A stretch of 64,000 nucleotides of DNA from Tortispora ganteri. Its lineage: Eukaryota. The position numbers were made by a program, and so were the translations under genes. Under the pieces are notes generated by a model. The model ran no database searches. It saw nothing but the letters and a program-made list of their open reading frames with translations, and was not told where the DNA came from. Location: positions 62,001 through 126,000 of the forward strand of contig PPNB01000015.1 in the NCBI GenBank assembly GCA_003707115.1, given 5' to 3'. Positions 30,777-41,039 of the stretch are shown one piece after another (positions within the stretch are counted from its first letter, which is position 1; each line of letters begins with the position of its first letter).

Positions 30777-30987
30777 ATTTTTTGGTTTATATATCTAAGC
30801 TGAATGTATAAGGAGAGGTGGGGTGTAATGGTCAACGGGTGACGCTGATGGGAGGGGACTTACGCTACATCTGCCCTTTAAATTTCTCGGCCAACCCCCC
30901 AGTGACTTTTACCACCTCAAGCGTAAACGAGACATTCATTCAAATACAGACAGGGCTGTCACAGCGGATTTTAATAATAAAAGGGGA

Positions 30988-31317
30988 ATGTTAACCTTCT
31001 GCCCGCGATGTGGGAACTCATGTTGTGTTGCCGAATCGGAGTCCGGTGTTCAGTTCGCGTGCCTAACATGCCCATATAAATGTCCTATTGGACCACACAC
31101 TGTCATATCAGAGCGCAAAGTACTAAAAAGCAAAGAAGTAGACGATATCTTAGGAGGTGCTAGTGCATGGGATAATGTCGATCAGACTTCAGCACACTGC
31201 GACTCTTGCGACAACGACAAGGCTTACTTTTTTCAGCTACAAATCAGGAGCGCTGATGAGCCTATGACTACCTTCTTGAGGTGCACAAATTGCGGCAAAC
31301 AATGGAAAGAGAATTAG
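30988..31317 (+). CDS. RPC11: RNA polymerase III subunit C11
   Basis: MLTFCPRCGN, KEVDDILGG..AW.NVD and QLQIRSADEPMTTF..C..C zinc ribbons. Confidence 0.95.
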   Translation: MLTFCPRCGNSCCVAESESGVQFACLTCPYKCPIGPHTVISERKVLKSKEVDDILGGASAWDNVDQTSAHCDSCDNDKAYFFQLQIRSADEPMTTFLRCTNCGKQWKEN

Positions 31318-31465
31318 GCAAGATTGACTTGCCGTGTCATGAAGTTTAAAAAAGTTCTAGTTCTCTATTATCTTTGTAACTTTTTTTCCTGTTCCTTGGT
31401 TAATCTCATAGTAATGAAATTATGATCTAAGCTTTTAATTGTAACCTACACTCTCTTTCACATAC

Positions 31466-32188
31466 ATGAACCGTACAGGATGCCCTGAACTTGACCAGCT
31501 TATTTCTGATGGTTGGAAGAATGGTTCTATTAATGTAATAGCTAGTAATGTTTCTACTGATAAATCTCTAGTTCCTATGTACGCTATATCTTATCTTTTA
31601 CAGACATCGGAATCAGCATCTGCAGCATGGATCGATACTTCCGGCGCGTTTGACTCAAATTTGTTGTTTGAGGTTCTTCACAGAAACGCTTACGCTGAAA
31701 TCGAAATAAGCCGCGAAAAAGCTGAATCATTAGCTGAAAGAGTGAGTTTGGCTAGAATATTTAATTTTGAATCGTTGAGCAAAACTGTGCAGGAACTTTT
31801 CTCCAGGTCTGAACCGCTTGATATCCTGGTTATAGAAAACATATCTAATTTACTGCTAGTCGAGTTTCCTAAATCATCCGTCAGAACAACTTATTTAGCT
31901 ACATTTATGGACCAATTATATCTTGTTCAGAGAAAGCATAGTCCAAATTGCATCGTCTTTTTACTCATTGATCTGACCATCGTACCAATTGAGGAGTCTC
32001 AACTGGCTCGTTATTACCACTATGGTAAAGATAACATCGCATTAACCCCGTCGCTCGGCCTGCCATTATCCTTTTTCATAGATATCGGTTTAGCATTAAT
32101 AGCACAACCGGACAATCAAACATTGGCACTCATATATCTGGATCGCCTTGGCCCCGGAACTGGAACTAAGCAACTAATCAAATTTTAG
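31466..32188 (+). CDS. Divergent RecA/Rad51-paralogue-like protein
   Basis: TGCPELDQLI start, WIDTSGAFD strand, Walker B-like DILVIEN and P.LG..L late motif. Walker A is degenerate (ASNVSTDKS). Confidence 0.65.
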   Translation: MNRTGCPELDQLISDGWKNGSINVIASNVSTDKSLVPMYAISYLLQTSESASAAWIDTSGAFDSNLLFEVLHRNAYAEIEISREKAESLAERVSLARIFNFESLSKTVQELFSRSEPLDILVIENISNLLLVEFPKSSVRTTYLATFMDQLYLVQRKHSPNCIVFLLIDLTIVPIEESQLARYYHYGKDNIALTPSLGLPLSFFIDIGLALIAQPDNQTLALIYLDRLGPGTGTKQLIKF

Positions 32189-34713
32189 TTGCTTACATTA
32201 ATAGTACCAAAGCGACTCTTGGAAAGAAGTTTATCAACGTCCGGTAATCCGCTCTGTCCATCCGATGCACTGCCTGTTTCCAAATCGAAAGGAACCTCTG
32301 TGATGTGTCCCCTCAGCGCACGCACAGATACCGTCGTCGAACCGGCATAGGACGGGCTCAAAGAGTCCGGGGGCGAAGCTCTACTGTATATGCTCGCTAT
32401 GCCGTATTTGGTAGGTCCTAAAATCACAGCTAAACCAGATTTCGTCTTTGCTATACCATTAGAGTTGAATCCATTGGTACTTGATGCATCACTCTTCACA
32501 AATGCAATATCAGTTTCACTATCTCGCGTGGCCTCAGACTCTGAAAGTTCATCTACCGGAGATTCGGTAGTATCTCTTCCACTAATAGCGTTTTCAACTT
32601 CTGATAAGTTTTGTGATCCGTCAACGAAAGATTTTAGGCATTCTTCCAGTTCAGATTCGCTAAAACCGTGTTTTAGGAATTGAGATTTGGCCAAACTGAC
32701 GTCTACCCATCTGAGGTCTTCAGGAGCTTTAGAGCGACACACAAGATCAATTTTACCCTTGAGAGGGTCCATACTTTCTAAATATCTGGACCAGAATTTG
32801 TCATTCACCAGCTTCTGCTTCACAATAGAGCACTCTTGTATTAGTTCATTAGAACCAATTTTGAGTCCAATCTCTTGAAAGAGTATCGTTGATAAAGTAA
32901 TGATATCACGAAGATGTAAAACATTCAGCTCATTTTGGAATTTTACTCCGAAAGCCTGTAAATCATATACGAACGAGACAGTATACACCAAAGTGTTGTG
33001 ATTGCAGATCTGAATAACAGTGCCGACCAAGCGTCTAACTGACGCTCGCGTATATATATCCGTTCTCTCGTTATATAAAAGTTCAGAAAGAAGCATAAGA
33101 AGCTTTGATGTACCGTCTTTACCAGTATATGATAAATCAAGTCCGTCTGAAGTGAGCTCTTTAGATGAACAATATTCTGATTGAATAAAATCAGATAACG
33201 CTTGAATATAGTTTCGTGAAACATCAGAATACTGCACTGTGAGAAGATATCGTGTACCTTTCCAAGCTCCAAGAGATAAAGCACGAGGTTTTAACGGAGA
33301 AGGATATGCTTTTATGGTTTCAATAGTAGCGCTAATCTGTCTAAGGCACATATTGGCAGTCAGTGTGGTACGAGCATCAATTTTTTCTGCTACACTCGCA
33401 TCTGAGTGGATGACATTCTTGCGGAGTCTTCTGATCATCTCAGTTAATAGATCAGAATTTTGTTCCGCATAATACGAATGTACGGAAAGACTTCCAACAC
33501 ACTTGATTATAGCATCAATCAGAGAGATAAATTGCGGGTCAGAAGACCTATCCGTGAAATTTGAGATCACTGACACACCATAAGCATAAAGAGCCCTCCA
33601 AACATCTATAACTGCAAGTCCGACGAGATTGATTTTTGATTTTAGCAGTTCAGTCATCAAAAACAATGCTGATAGTTGATTGTTATGTTTAACAGGAATA
33701 TAAGAAGTTAGCGTATCAAGCACTGTTCGGAGTACAAAAAACCGAATATGAACCGGGGTACATTTAGCAAGATATAAAAAAAGAATGGAGATCCACTCGT
33801 AATTATCAATTTTGTAAAGTTGTTCAACAACCAAGAGAGTTATTGTTCGAATGTGTATAGGATTTGGGTTGACAAAAAGCAGCCTTAATGCCTCTAAAGC
33901 ACAAGATGATATTTGTTCATGTATAGAGTCAGAATCAGTTCGAATCTTGGTAGTGTCTTTGATAGAAGTAGCGATAGGAGAATGCGGAGAAGGAAAAGAG
34001 GAAGTAGATACAAGATCTATGCTTGTACTTGACGTATTTAAGCCATCCTTACTGCCATAAAATAAGTACTTTTCTTTTGAGGAACAAAGGTTTCTCAATT
34101 CACTTGGAGATAGCGGAGCTAAGATTTCTATAAGCGGAGGAATTATAATCTTGAGTTGGCTTCTGCCATGAATAGTCGTTATTGCTTCGGAGTCAGCCAT
34201 ACTTTTAAGGGCATGAACACCTATAAGTCTCCAGCTTTCTGGGTCAGAATGTGGAGGATTGACAACAAGTGATCGGTAAGCTTTTATAACCTGCTCGAAT
34301 GATTCAACGAAGCGATGATCTTCGACTAGTAGACCCCCGTCGTGATGTTCGCAAAAAGAGGTAAACATTTTCTCTGCTTCTTGCATAAGAGTGATGTCAT
34401 TTAATGCCATTATAGTGCATGAAACATTAATTAAAGGTTCAGCAAACATATTCACATCCTGTGGGCATTTCTCTACCATAGCTTGGAATATGTTTACAAT
34501 GACCTGTAAGTTACCAGTTCTGCCCCTGGAAGCATAATGACGCGCTTGTGCCTCTAAATATTCCGCAACTTTAGGTATTTTAGGCCTTCTTGTAGAAATA
34601 TAGTACAGTAAGTATGCTAATTGTGAGGAATTTGGTTTCTTTTCGCTGCTTCGCCCTTTAGGGTAGCATTGTATCACCAATCTTTGGTGTTTAGGGCGAA
34701 ATCTGAACCACAT
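32185..34713 (-). CDS. EFR3: Plasma-membrane PI4-kinase (Stt4) scaffold Efr3
   Basis: PKHQRLVIQCYP...KPNSSQLAYLLYY...RRPKIPKVAEYL, NLVGLAVIDV and H.YY.EQ.SDL. Confidence 0.9.
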   Translation of the reverse strand: MWFRFRPKHQRLVIQCYPKGRSSEKKPNSSQLAYLLYYISTRRPKIPKVAEYLEAQARHYASRGRTGNLQVIVNIFQAMVEKCPQDVNMFAEPLINVSCTIMALNDITLMQEAEKMFTSFCEHHDGGLLVEDHRFVESFEQVIKAYRSLVVNPPHSDPESWRLIGVHALKSMADSEAITTIHGRSQLKIIIPPLIEILAPLSPSELRNLCSSKEKYLFYGSKDGLNTSSTSIDLVSTSSFPSPHSPIATSIKDTTKIRTDSDSIHEQISSCALEALRLLFVNPNPIHIRTITLLVVEQLYKIDNYEWISILFLYLAKCTPVHIRFFVLRTVLDTLTSYIPVKHNNQLSALFLMTELLKSKINLVGLAVIDVWRALYAYGVSVISNFTDRSSDPQFISLIDAIIKCVGSLSVHSYYAEQNSDLLTEMIRRLRKNVIHSDASVAEKIDARTTLTANMCLRQISATIETIKAYPSPLKPRALSLGAWKGTRYLLTVQYSDVSRNYIQALSDFIQSEYCSSKELTSDGLDLSYTGKDGTSKLLMLLSELLYNERTDIYTRASVRRLVGTVIQICNHNTLVYTVSFVYDLQAFGVKFQNELNVLHLRDIITLSTILFQEIGLKIGSNELIQECSIVKQKLVNDKFWSRYLESMDPLKGKIDLVCRSKAPEDLRWVDVSLAKSQFLKHGFSESELEECLKSFVDGSQNLSEVENAISGRDTTESPVDELSESEATRDSETDIAFVKSDASSTNGFNSNGIAKTKSGLAVILGPTKYGIASIYSRASPPDSLSPSYAGSTTVSVRALRGHITEVPFDLETGSASDGQSGLPDVDKLLSKSRFGTINVSN

Positions 34714-35218
34714 TCTTCAAACCAGATAGTTTAATTTATAGTAGTTATCTTCCCTGAATCCACCTACAGGTCAAATCTCTTCCTGAAATTAGCGTTTATC
34801 GAGGGGAAATAGCAGTGTAATATTATACCTAGATGTACCCGGGAAAGATGTTAGGTTGAGTTTCCGTAGGCGCGGAGCAAGTAAGTTCAGGTAAGATTGT
34901 ACATTATGCCTTCTGATACAAAAGCTTATACCCACATCTGATGCTCAACTGAAGCAAAATTGCAACAAAATATCAGTAAAGAATAAATAAAGAATTCTAC
35001 GTTTTAGCGATTTTTATACGTTATGATGTTGTAAAAATCTATTGATTTTATGAACAAAACTAGTTCTACATCGGGTTAGGGTGGTTCGTCTACGGCTTAA
35101 ATTTTGATTTCTTGGGAAAAAAAAACCAACCGCTAAAAGAGGGAACGACCACTTTGCTTTCAAAGATTTTACGCGATTCTGCATACTGTTCCCTGTAGGT
35201 TACAGTGCGGTTAGCGAG

Positions 35219-37282
35219 ATGCTACCTAGACGGATACTAATACTACATAGATATGGCGTTCGGTTATACTCAAAGGAAAGAGATCAAATTTCTTCAGCCT
35301 CTGAGTTCCTTAGTCGGACCCTGAAGAAACCGCGAAGATCAGCCGCTGCACCGAAACCCGAGGAAATAGTGGATGAAAGTTCAGGCATAAATCTTGATTC
35401 TATGTCGAAATTGCTCTTAAGCTCTTTTGAAACTCCACAGGAAACACAAGAAAGTGTTAATGTCGCTATATCTTCGTTCAGGAATAAAATCAAACAGCCC
35501 GACGGCAATATTTCTGTCAAAGAGAAAGAAACATTGGCCGATGAAATGGCAAAATCTTTTAAATTAACACAGCTATTAGCATATCTCAAAGAATACGATG
35601 ATACTTTCGAGATTAGTCGGCCAAAGAAGGGCCAAGTAATTGACGACATTATAAGCAAAGTGTGGCACCTCACAGTTGAGACTGACCAGGCTCATAGATT
35701 AACGAAATCCTTTACGGTCACACGGAAACTTCTGTTTTTTCTTTCTACAGGTGCTAATCCATTACTACAGAAATGGGCTGCTAGTGGTGCAGACGCTACA
35801 TTAAACAGAGAAACAGACACATTTAAAGTCACTGCACCACCAAAGATACTTCGCAATATAGAAGCTGCAATCACATCGCTTTACAAATCAATATCTGAGA
35901 CCATTATTGATTTATCATTTACAAAGATACTGAGACCTCCATTAGATGCCACTTTAGCAGATGTACAGCGACTGTCTCGAGTATATATAGAACCAAGACC
36001 GGATATATCAGAATATAGCTATTCTATGACTTCTGTGGCGGAAAAAGATGCTAGGAGAGCCAGCAAACTTATTCTTGACATTTACAATGTTAGTCCTAGA
36101 ACAGCTGATTTGCTAGCTATCTCGGAGTTCTCAGAGAAACAAGCAATTGCTTCGCTATGTCCCAGTGCTGAACATGAATCCCTGCCGTGGAACTTTAGAG
36201 GAGCTCATTGGTGCAGATGGGAAAAAGTGAATAGTTCTGAACATGCAATGGATGAATTAGAGCAAGAAAATTCTTGTGTATTACCGCAAGAGCTTTCAAA
36301 TGTTACGCTTTCAAGTTTGGACTATGGGCGTTTTACTACTAACACGCTAACACGCCTGGAGAGTGTTCTGGATAATTTAGATCAGGCATCTGAGGAGCTG
36401 AATTACAAAACTTCTATTAAGCTTATTGATTCATTTCCAGGATTGTATAACTCATTTTTGGGGAGCGTGATTTTTCAGGCTGAGCCTGACTACACGCGAT
36501 CTTTTTCTGCTGAGGAGATACGCCATATTACACAAAACACACCTAGTGTGTTTAACAACAGTTCGCGCCTTGCTAATAAGTACATTAGAGAGAATTTTTC
36601 TCTTTCTCAGGCTGATGAATCGGAGTCAGACTTGGACATTCTTCTGCAGGATGACCTTCACAAGTATTGGGCGAATATTGTGTTTCTTCCGTCTCCGTAT
36701 GTCCACGGTACTGATGCGCTAAGATATCCGCCGTTAGAAGTGAATGTGCCAGTCAATCCTTTAAAATCTAATTCAAAAGGATATGCATATTCTGATGACA
36801 TTGTTGCGTTTCTCGTGGAATCACGAGTAGGCGTTAATGTCTGCGTGCCGAGCAGTATTTTAGACATACGATTCGAGAAGACTGTACTGGCTCCAGTGCA
36901 TGCGTTGGAAAGTGAGTCGCATAGCGAAAAAGTGAAGGCAGTTATTAAAACGATGATTGCAGACGTGCAAAAAGGCGCGTATAAAAACATCTACGGTGCG
37001 AATTTCAGCATACCTATATCGATGGCTATAGAAGGCACTACTATACAGCAACCGGTAACTTACTACTGTTATTCATTCTGGTTCAGAAGAGAGATGGAGT
37101 ATAATGTCAATGGGTTTATTCTGAATCATGGAATTGCCGACGGAGCAATGTCCTCGGGTCGACGCACGGAATCCGCACTGATAATGAATCCGGAATATAC
37201 AGTTGAAGACGAATTTAAAAGATCCGAATTCGTGGAGACAACTTTCCAATTGGTAAATAATTTAAAATTTACGCGCTTTTGA
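35219..37282 (+). CDS. SLS1: Mitochondrial inner-membrane/nucleoid protein Sls1-like
   Basis: Basic presequence, F...QL..Y and K.QVID.I...VW.L N-terminal motifs, LPW..R...W.RW and YPPLE. Confidence 0.65.
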   Translation: MLPRRILILHRYGVRLYSKERDQISSASEFLSRTLKKPRRSAAAPKPEEIVDESSGINLDSMSKLLLSSFETPQETQESVNVAISSFRNKIKQPDGNISVKEKETLADEMAKSFKLTQLLAYLKEYDDTFEISRPKKGQVIDDIISKVWHLTVETDQAHRLTKSFTVTRKLLFFLSTGANPLLQKWAASGADATLNRETDTFKVTAPPKILRNIEAAITSLYKSISETIIDLSFTKILRPPLDATLADVQRLSRVYIEPRPDISEYSYSMTSVAEKDARRASKLILDIYNVSPRTADLLAISEFSEKQAIASLCPSAEHESLPWNFRGAHWCRWEKVNSSEHAMDELEQENSCVLPQELSNVTLSSLDYGRFTTNTLTRLESVLDNLDQASEELNYKTSIKLIDSFPGLYNSFLGSVIFQAEPDYTRSFSAEEIRHITQNTPSVFNNSSRLANKYIRENFSLSQADESESDLDILLQDDLHKYWANIVFLPSPYVHGTDALRYPPLEVNVPVNPLKSNSKGYAYSDDIVAFLVESRVGVNVCVPSSILDIRFEKTVLAPVHALESESHSEKVKAVIKTMIADVQKGAYKNIYGANFSIPISMAIEGTTIQQPVTYYCYSFWFRREMEYNVNGFILNHGIADGAMSSGRRTESALIMNPEYTVEDEFKRSEFVETTFQLVNNLKFTRF

Positions 37283-37392
37283 TGACTATTAATATTTTAT
37301 TTATGGTTTTAAAATTATGACTATTTTCTTTCTTTAGATTTATATTTGTTGAAGATTCATTAGAACCTTACACACGACAACTAGCGACTGCA

Positions 37393-38313
37393 ATGCGTAC
37401 GATTGATGAACCACCAGCTGTTTTAATACGTCATCCGAGGAGGAATAGTACTATTATTGTTGGAACTTATGTATTAGATAAAGAAACAGGGAAAAGATAT
37501 GGGAGTGTAGCTACTTTAAATGCACAAATCGATGATTGTGTGGAGATCGCTAGTGTAAACATACCTGAATCGTCTGTACTTGATCTGAAAGCCATTCCTT
37601 TTAAAACCAACGAGTTTATAAGTGCTCAAAGTACAGGATCTATAATATTGTGGAATATAGAAGAAGATGGAACTATTTACAAGCAAAAAGCATTAGACCT
37701 TTTTGATCCAAAGACACTGGTTTTAAGTATTGGCTTCGACGCTACAGGCAGTCTGCTAGTGCTGACATTGACTACTGGGGAAGTATCTGTTCTAGATATG
37801 AATAAATTTGAATTATTGTTTACGATCAAAGTACACGATTTAGAGACATGGACTGGTGTTTTCAAGGACAGTTTGATCCTATCTGGAGGAGACGACCAGA
37901 AGTTAGCTTGTCTGGATACAAGAACAGAGACTGTTGTTTTACAGAACAGAAATATACATGGAGCAGGAGTCACTTCGATTTTACCACGTGGTGAAAATAA
38001 CCTGCTTACGGGATCTTACGATGACAATTGTCGAGTTATAGACATGCGGAGTGCGTTCCGAGAAGTGAGTGCGACTGATTTAGGCGGTGGCGTTTGGCGA
38101 TTAATACCGAATGATTACAATGATGATATTCTGGCCTGTTGCATGTATGGAGGAGCAAAAATTATAAAAGAACAATTAGGCTCTGTATCTATTATCAAAA
38201 GTTACGTGGATCATCATAAGAGCATGGTGTATGGAGGTGACTGGCTGGACGATTCACATGTAGTCACATGCAGCTTCTACGACAAATTGCTATGTAACTG
38301 GAGTACACGGTAA
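37393..38313 (+). CDS. DPH7: WD40 diphthine methylesterase Dph7/Rrt2
   Basis: VGTY.L, HDLETWT, SGGDD, HGAGVTSI, TGSYDD, LGGGVWRL, CMYGG, H.SMVYG.DW and TCSFYDK. Confidence 0.9.
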   Translation: MRTIDEPPAVLIRHPRRNSTIIVGTYVLDKETGKRYGSVATLNAQIDDCVEIASVNIPESSVLDLKAIPFKTNEFISAQSTGSIILWNIEEDGTIYKQKALDLFDPKTLVLSIGFDATGSLLVLTLTTGEVSVLDMNKFELLFTIKVHDLETWTGVFKDSLILSGGDDQKLACLDTRTETVVLQNRNIHGAGVTSILPRGENNLLTGSYDDNCRVIDMRSAFREVSATDLGGGVWRLIPNDYNDDILACCMYGGAKIIKEQLGSVSIIKSYVDHHKSMVYGGDWLDDSHVVTCSFYDKLLCNWSTR

Positions 38314-38437
38314 CATTTATTTTGGTTTGAATTTACGACATTTATTATGATTTTAGCGGCATAATAACCGAAAAACCTATATACCTTGGAGGCTACTAAC
38401 AGCCTTTCCCAAGATGTATTTAAACGTGACATCCGCT

Positions 38438-39595
38438 ATGCCCCTTGACATTCTTCGAAAAGTGTCTGTAGATGGCGTAGAAGTGATACCTGGGTGGAAC
38501 TATATATCTAAATATGGACCTTACGCTTTGGCAGTAGCTGCAATAAAGTATTATACTGCTGGGGCTTCTAATTCATGGGATAAAACGCTACATGGTACGG
38601 TGATAGTTGTCACAGGTGGAACTTCAGGTATAGGTCAAATAGTAGTGAAAGAACTTGCTAGCAAAGGCGCACAAATTATTTTATTAGTCAGAGATATTCA
38701 TGACGGATGGATTATTGAACAGATAAATGATTTACGAATTTTAACTAAAAATCAACTTATATATGCTGAAGAATGTGATATGTCTGATTTGCATTCCGTT
38801 CGACAGTTTGCTACGCGTTGGATTAACAACCTGCCTCCTCGTCGCCTTGACATGATAATTTGTTGTGCAGGTGTTTTCATGCCTCCTACACTACCTAGAA
38901 CAACCACTAAAAGTGCTGTTGAAATCCATTGGATGATCAACTACCTCAGTAACTTCCACTTACTCAATCTCTTGTCACCGGCGTTAAGATCGCAACCAAA
39001 CGGCAGAGATGTGCGTGTGATCTTGCTGAACTGTTCTTTAGCTCTGCTTAAAGGTGAACTTGACCTAAACGATATTGAATTCACTGCTCGTGGGTATCCT
39101 AAGTATCAGCCGTGGAAAGTTTATGGCGCCAGCAAACAAGCGCTGCGCTACTTTGCGATGGCGTATCAGAAACAGCTCGATTCTGATCTTGAAAAGAGCA
39201 CTTCACCTGTCAAACCTAAGCTAAGAGTGCTTAACGTTGACCCCGGGATTTCTCGCACCCCTATGACAAGAAGGGTAATAACGTGCGGCTCTCTACTTGG
39301 ATTACTGCTATACCTGATATTATGGCCTCTTTGGTGGCTGTTACTTAAATCACCTATAGCCGCTGCCCAATCGGTGCTATACGCTGCTACGTGTCCAGAT
39401 GTATACAAAGATGAATATATATCCGAATGTGCTGAAAATAAACGGTACGCAGGGAAAACTATGTTGAATCAAGAAATTGCATCGAAACTATGGGAGCTCA
39501 CCGAGAAACAAATCAAAGATATCGAATCTGCAGATGCTGCTGTCAGAGCTAAAACAAAACAAAAGTCTGCGAGCAAGGACAAACCAAAGAAATAA
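38438..39595 (+). CDS. PBR1: ER short-chain dehydrogenase/reductase-like protein Pbr1 (YNL181W)
   Basis: VTGGTSGIG, NQLIYAEECD, FATRWINNLPPRRLD, LRSQP..RDVR and a C-terminal TM segment LLLYLILWPLWW. The MPLDI start (38438) resembles the yeast N-terminus; an alternative ATG is at 38414. Confidence 0.85.
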   Translation: MPLDILRKVSVDGVEVIPGWNYISKYGPYALAVAAIKYYTAGASNSWDKTLHGTVIVVTGGTSGIGQIVVKELASKGAQIILLVRDIHDGWIIEQINDLRILTKNQLIYAEECDMSDLHSVRQFATRWINNLPPRRLDMIICCAGVFMPPTLPRTTTKSAVEIHWMINYLSNFHLLNLLSPALRSQPNGRDVRVILLNCSLALLKGELDLNDIEFTARGYPKYQPWKVYGASKQALRYFAMAYQKQLDSDLEKSTSPVKPKLRVLNVDPGISRTPMTRRVITCGSLLGLLLYLILWPLWWLLLKSPIAAAQSVLYAATCPDVYKDEYISECAENKRYAGKTMLNQEIASKLWELTEKQIKDIESADAAVRAKTKQKSASKDKPKK

Positions 39596-39623
39596 ACCAA
39601 AAGATAAAGAAGGAAACACGCTT

Positions 39624-40724
39624 TTACATGCGAGCATTTCTTCCAAAAAATTTGTCATACCCGACCATTACTGCTCGGTATTTGACCTTTCCCTCATCGA
39701 CCATCTGCCAAGCATCACCAAGATTCTTTTCATTTATATCGAAAGTCTCAACCCATGGTTTTATCTGATGCTCAGCAGCGAAATCAAGCATATATTGGAT
39801 CTGAGAAGGACTTCCAAGAGCGGAAAATTCAATAGAATAACCCATCATCAACAAAGGGAAGACCGTCAGTTGCAAAGTCTCTGTACTAGGAGGCGCAGTA
39901 ATGATGCTTAACTTTCCTCTAGGTTTAAGCAATCCCATGATTGTAGTAGTATCGGATTCCGACAAATATGAGGTAGTATTTACGATGAGATCTAAAGTTC
40001 GCTGGAACTGCTGGAGCGAGGATTTGTCACCTGATACACAGTAATGATCAGCACCGAGCTTCTTAGCCTCCTGCTCTTTTGCCCGTGATCGAGAAATAGC
40101 AGTTACTTCAGCACCTAATGCTTTAGCGAACAAAATAGTCATATGACCGATTCCACCGATACCTACAATGCCGACTTTTGTCCCTTTGCCGACATTATTG
40201 TTCAGAAGTGGAGCAAATCCTGTGATTCCACCACAAAGCATGGGAGCAGCATACTTGGTTTCCAAACTGTCAGGTATTTTGAATGCAAATTCGCTATTTA
40301 CACGAATATGAGATGCATTGCCGCCTATAGTCTTGAAGCCAGTTTTGGGGTTTTTGCCAAAATAGGTGCCTACCTGTGCAATACAATTGTTCTGGAACCC
40401 GTCGATACAAGCCGAGCAGGAATTGTCGCAGTCGCACTCAGCTCCTACACCGACTCTGTCGCCAACTTGAAATTTATTTTTCGATATAGATCCAACTTTT
40501 ACAACGCGACCAATTATTTCATGGCCAACTGCTACAGGGACGTAAGGGCGACCCCAGTTGCCTTTTACTGCATGCACGTCCGACCCGCATATAGCGCATG
40601 CTTCGATCTCAATGTCGACGTCATAGTCTCGGAATTCCTGCGGTACATACTGAAACTTCGAAGGCGTTTTCCAATTATCAAAATTGGTTATTCCTAGCGC
40701 TTCGATTTTGTCAGGGTAAGGCAT
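39624..40724 (-). CDS. ADH6: NADP-dependent cinnamyl-type alcohol dehydrogenase, copy A
   Basis: CAICGSDVH, GHE, structural Zn cysteines, APMLCGGIT, GIGGIGH, ISRSR (NADPH) and V.YR. Confidence 0.88.
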   Translation of the reverse strand: MPYPDKIEALGITNFDNWKTPSKFQYVPQEFRDYDVDIEIEACAICGSDVHAVKGNWGRPYVPVAVGHEIIGRVVKVGSISKNKFQVGDRVGVGAECDCDNSCSACIDGFQNNCIAQVGTYFGKNPKTGFKTIGGNASHIRVNSEFAFKIPDSLETKYAAPMLCGGITGFAPLLNNNVGKGTKVGIVGIGGIGHMTILFAKALGAEVTAISRSRAKEQEAKKLGADHYCVSGDKSSLQQFQRTLDLIVNTTSYLSESDTTTIMGLLKPRGKLSIITAPPSTETLQLTVFPLLMMGYSIEFSALGSPSQIQYMLDFAAEHQIKPWVETFDINEKNLGDAWQMVDEGKVKYRAVMVGYDKFFGRNARM

Positions 40725-40821
40725 TGTGATATTCTATGAGAAATTTGTGTTGGGTTACAGATACGCGAAGTAAAGAGACAATTGATCCGATCCATCCGGT
40801 CCCAAATCACATATCGAACAA

Positions 40822-40841
40822 TGCCAAGACAATTTGCCAAG
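40822..40841. promoter_or_regulatory. Two TGCCAAG (Rim101/PacC) sites upstream of ADH copy A
   Basis: TGCCAAG at 40822-40828 and 40835-40841. Confidence 0.5.
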
Positions 40842-41039
40842 CGTCTAAAGCATGCCTTGAACCGCCTTATCCGCTATCAAATTCTACCAATAAATGAATA
40901 TTGAAAATACAAATGGGGTGCATGAATCTGTGTGGAAGATTATTATCATACTTTAACATCAAAACGTCCTGTTTCAACTACTGAACGAAAAGAAGGCAGG
41001 TGAAGATTATTAATACCGAATAATTTCGGTCAAACTCTT

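Noticed and set aside
30811..30880. GGTGTAATGGTCA resembling a tRNA A-box/D-arm
   Set aside because: No GTTCRA T-loop/B-box and no acceptor stem follow.
34830..35200. Possible 5'-UTR introns for EFR3 (minus-strand GTATGC…CCTAAC…TAG) or SLS1 (GTAAGT at 34881)
   Set aside because: The signals are partial and expected by chance, and both coding starts look complete.
40143..40697. 184-aa antisense ORF inside ADH copy A, and the other short antisense/nested ORFs in the track
   Set aside because: These are shadows of real genes on the opposite strand or in another frame, with no recognisable motifs.
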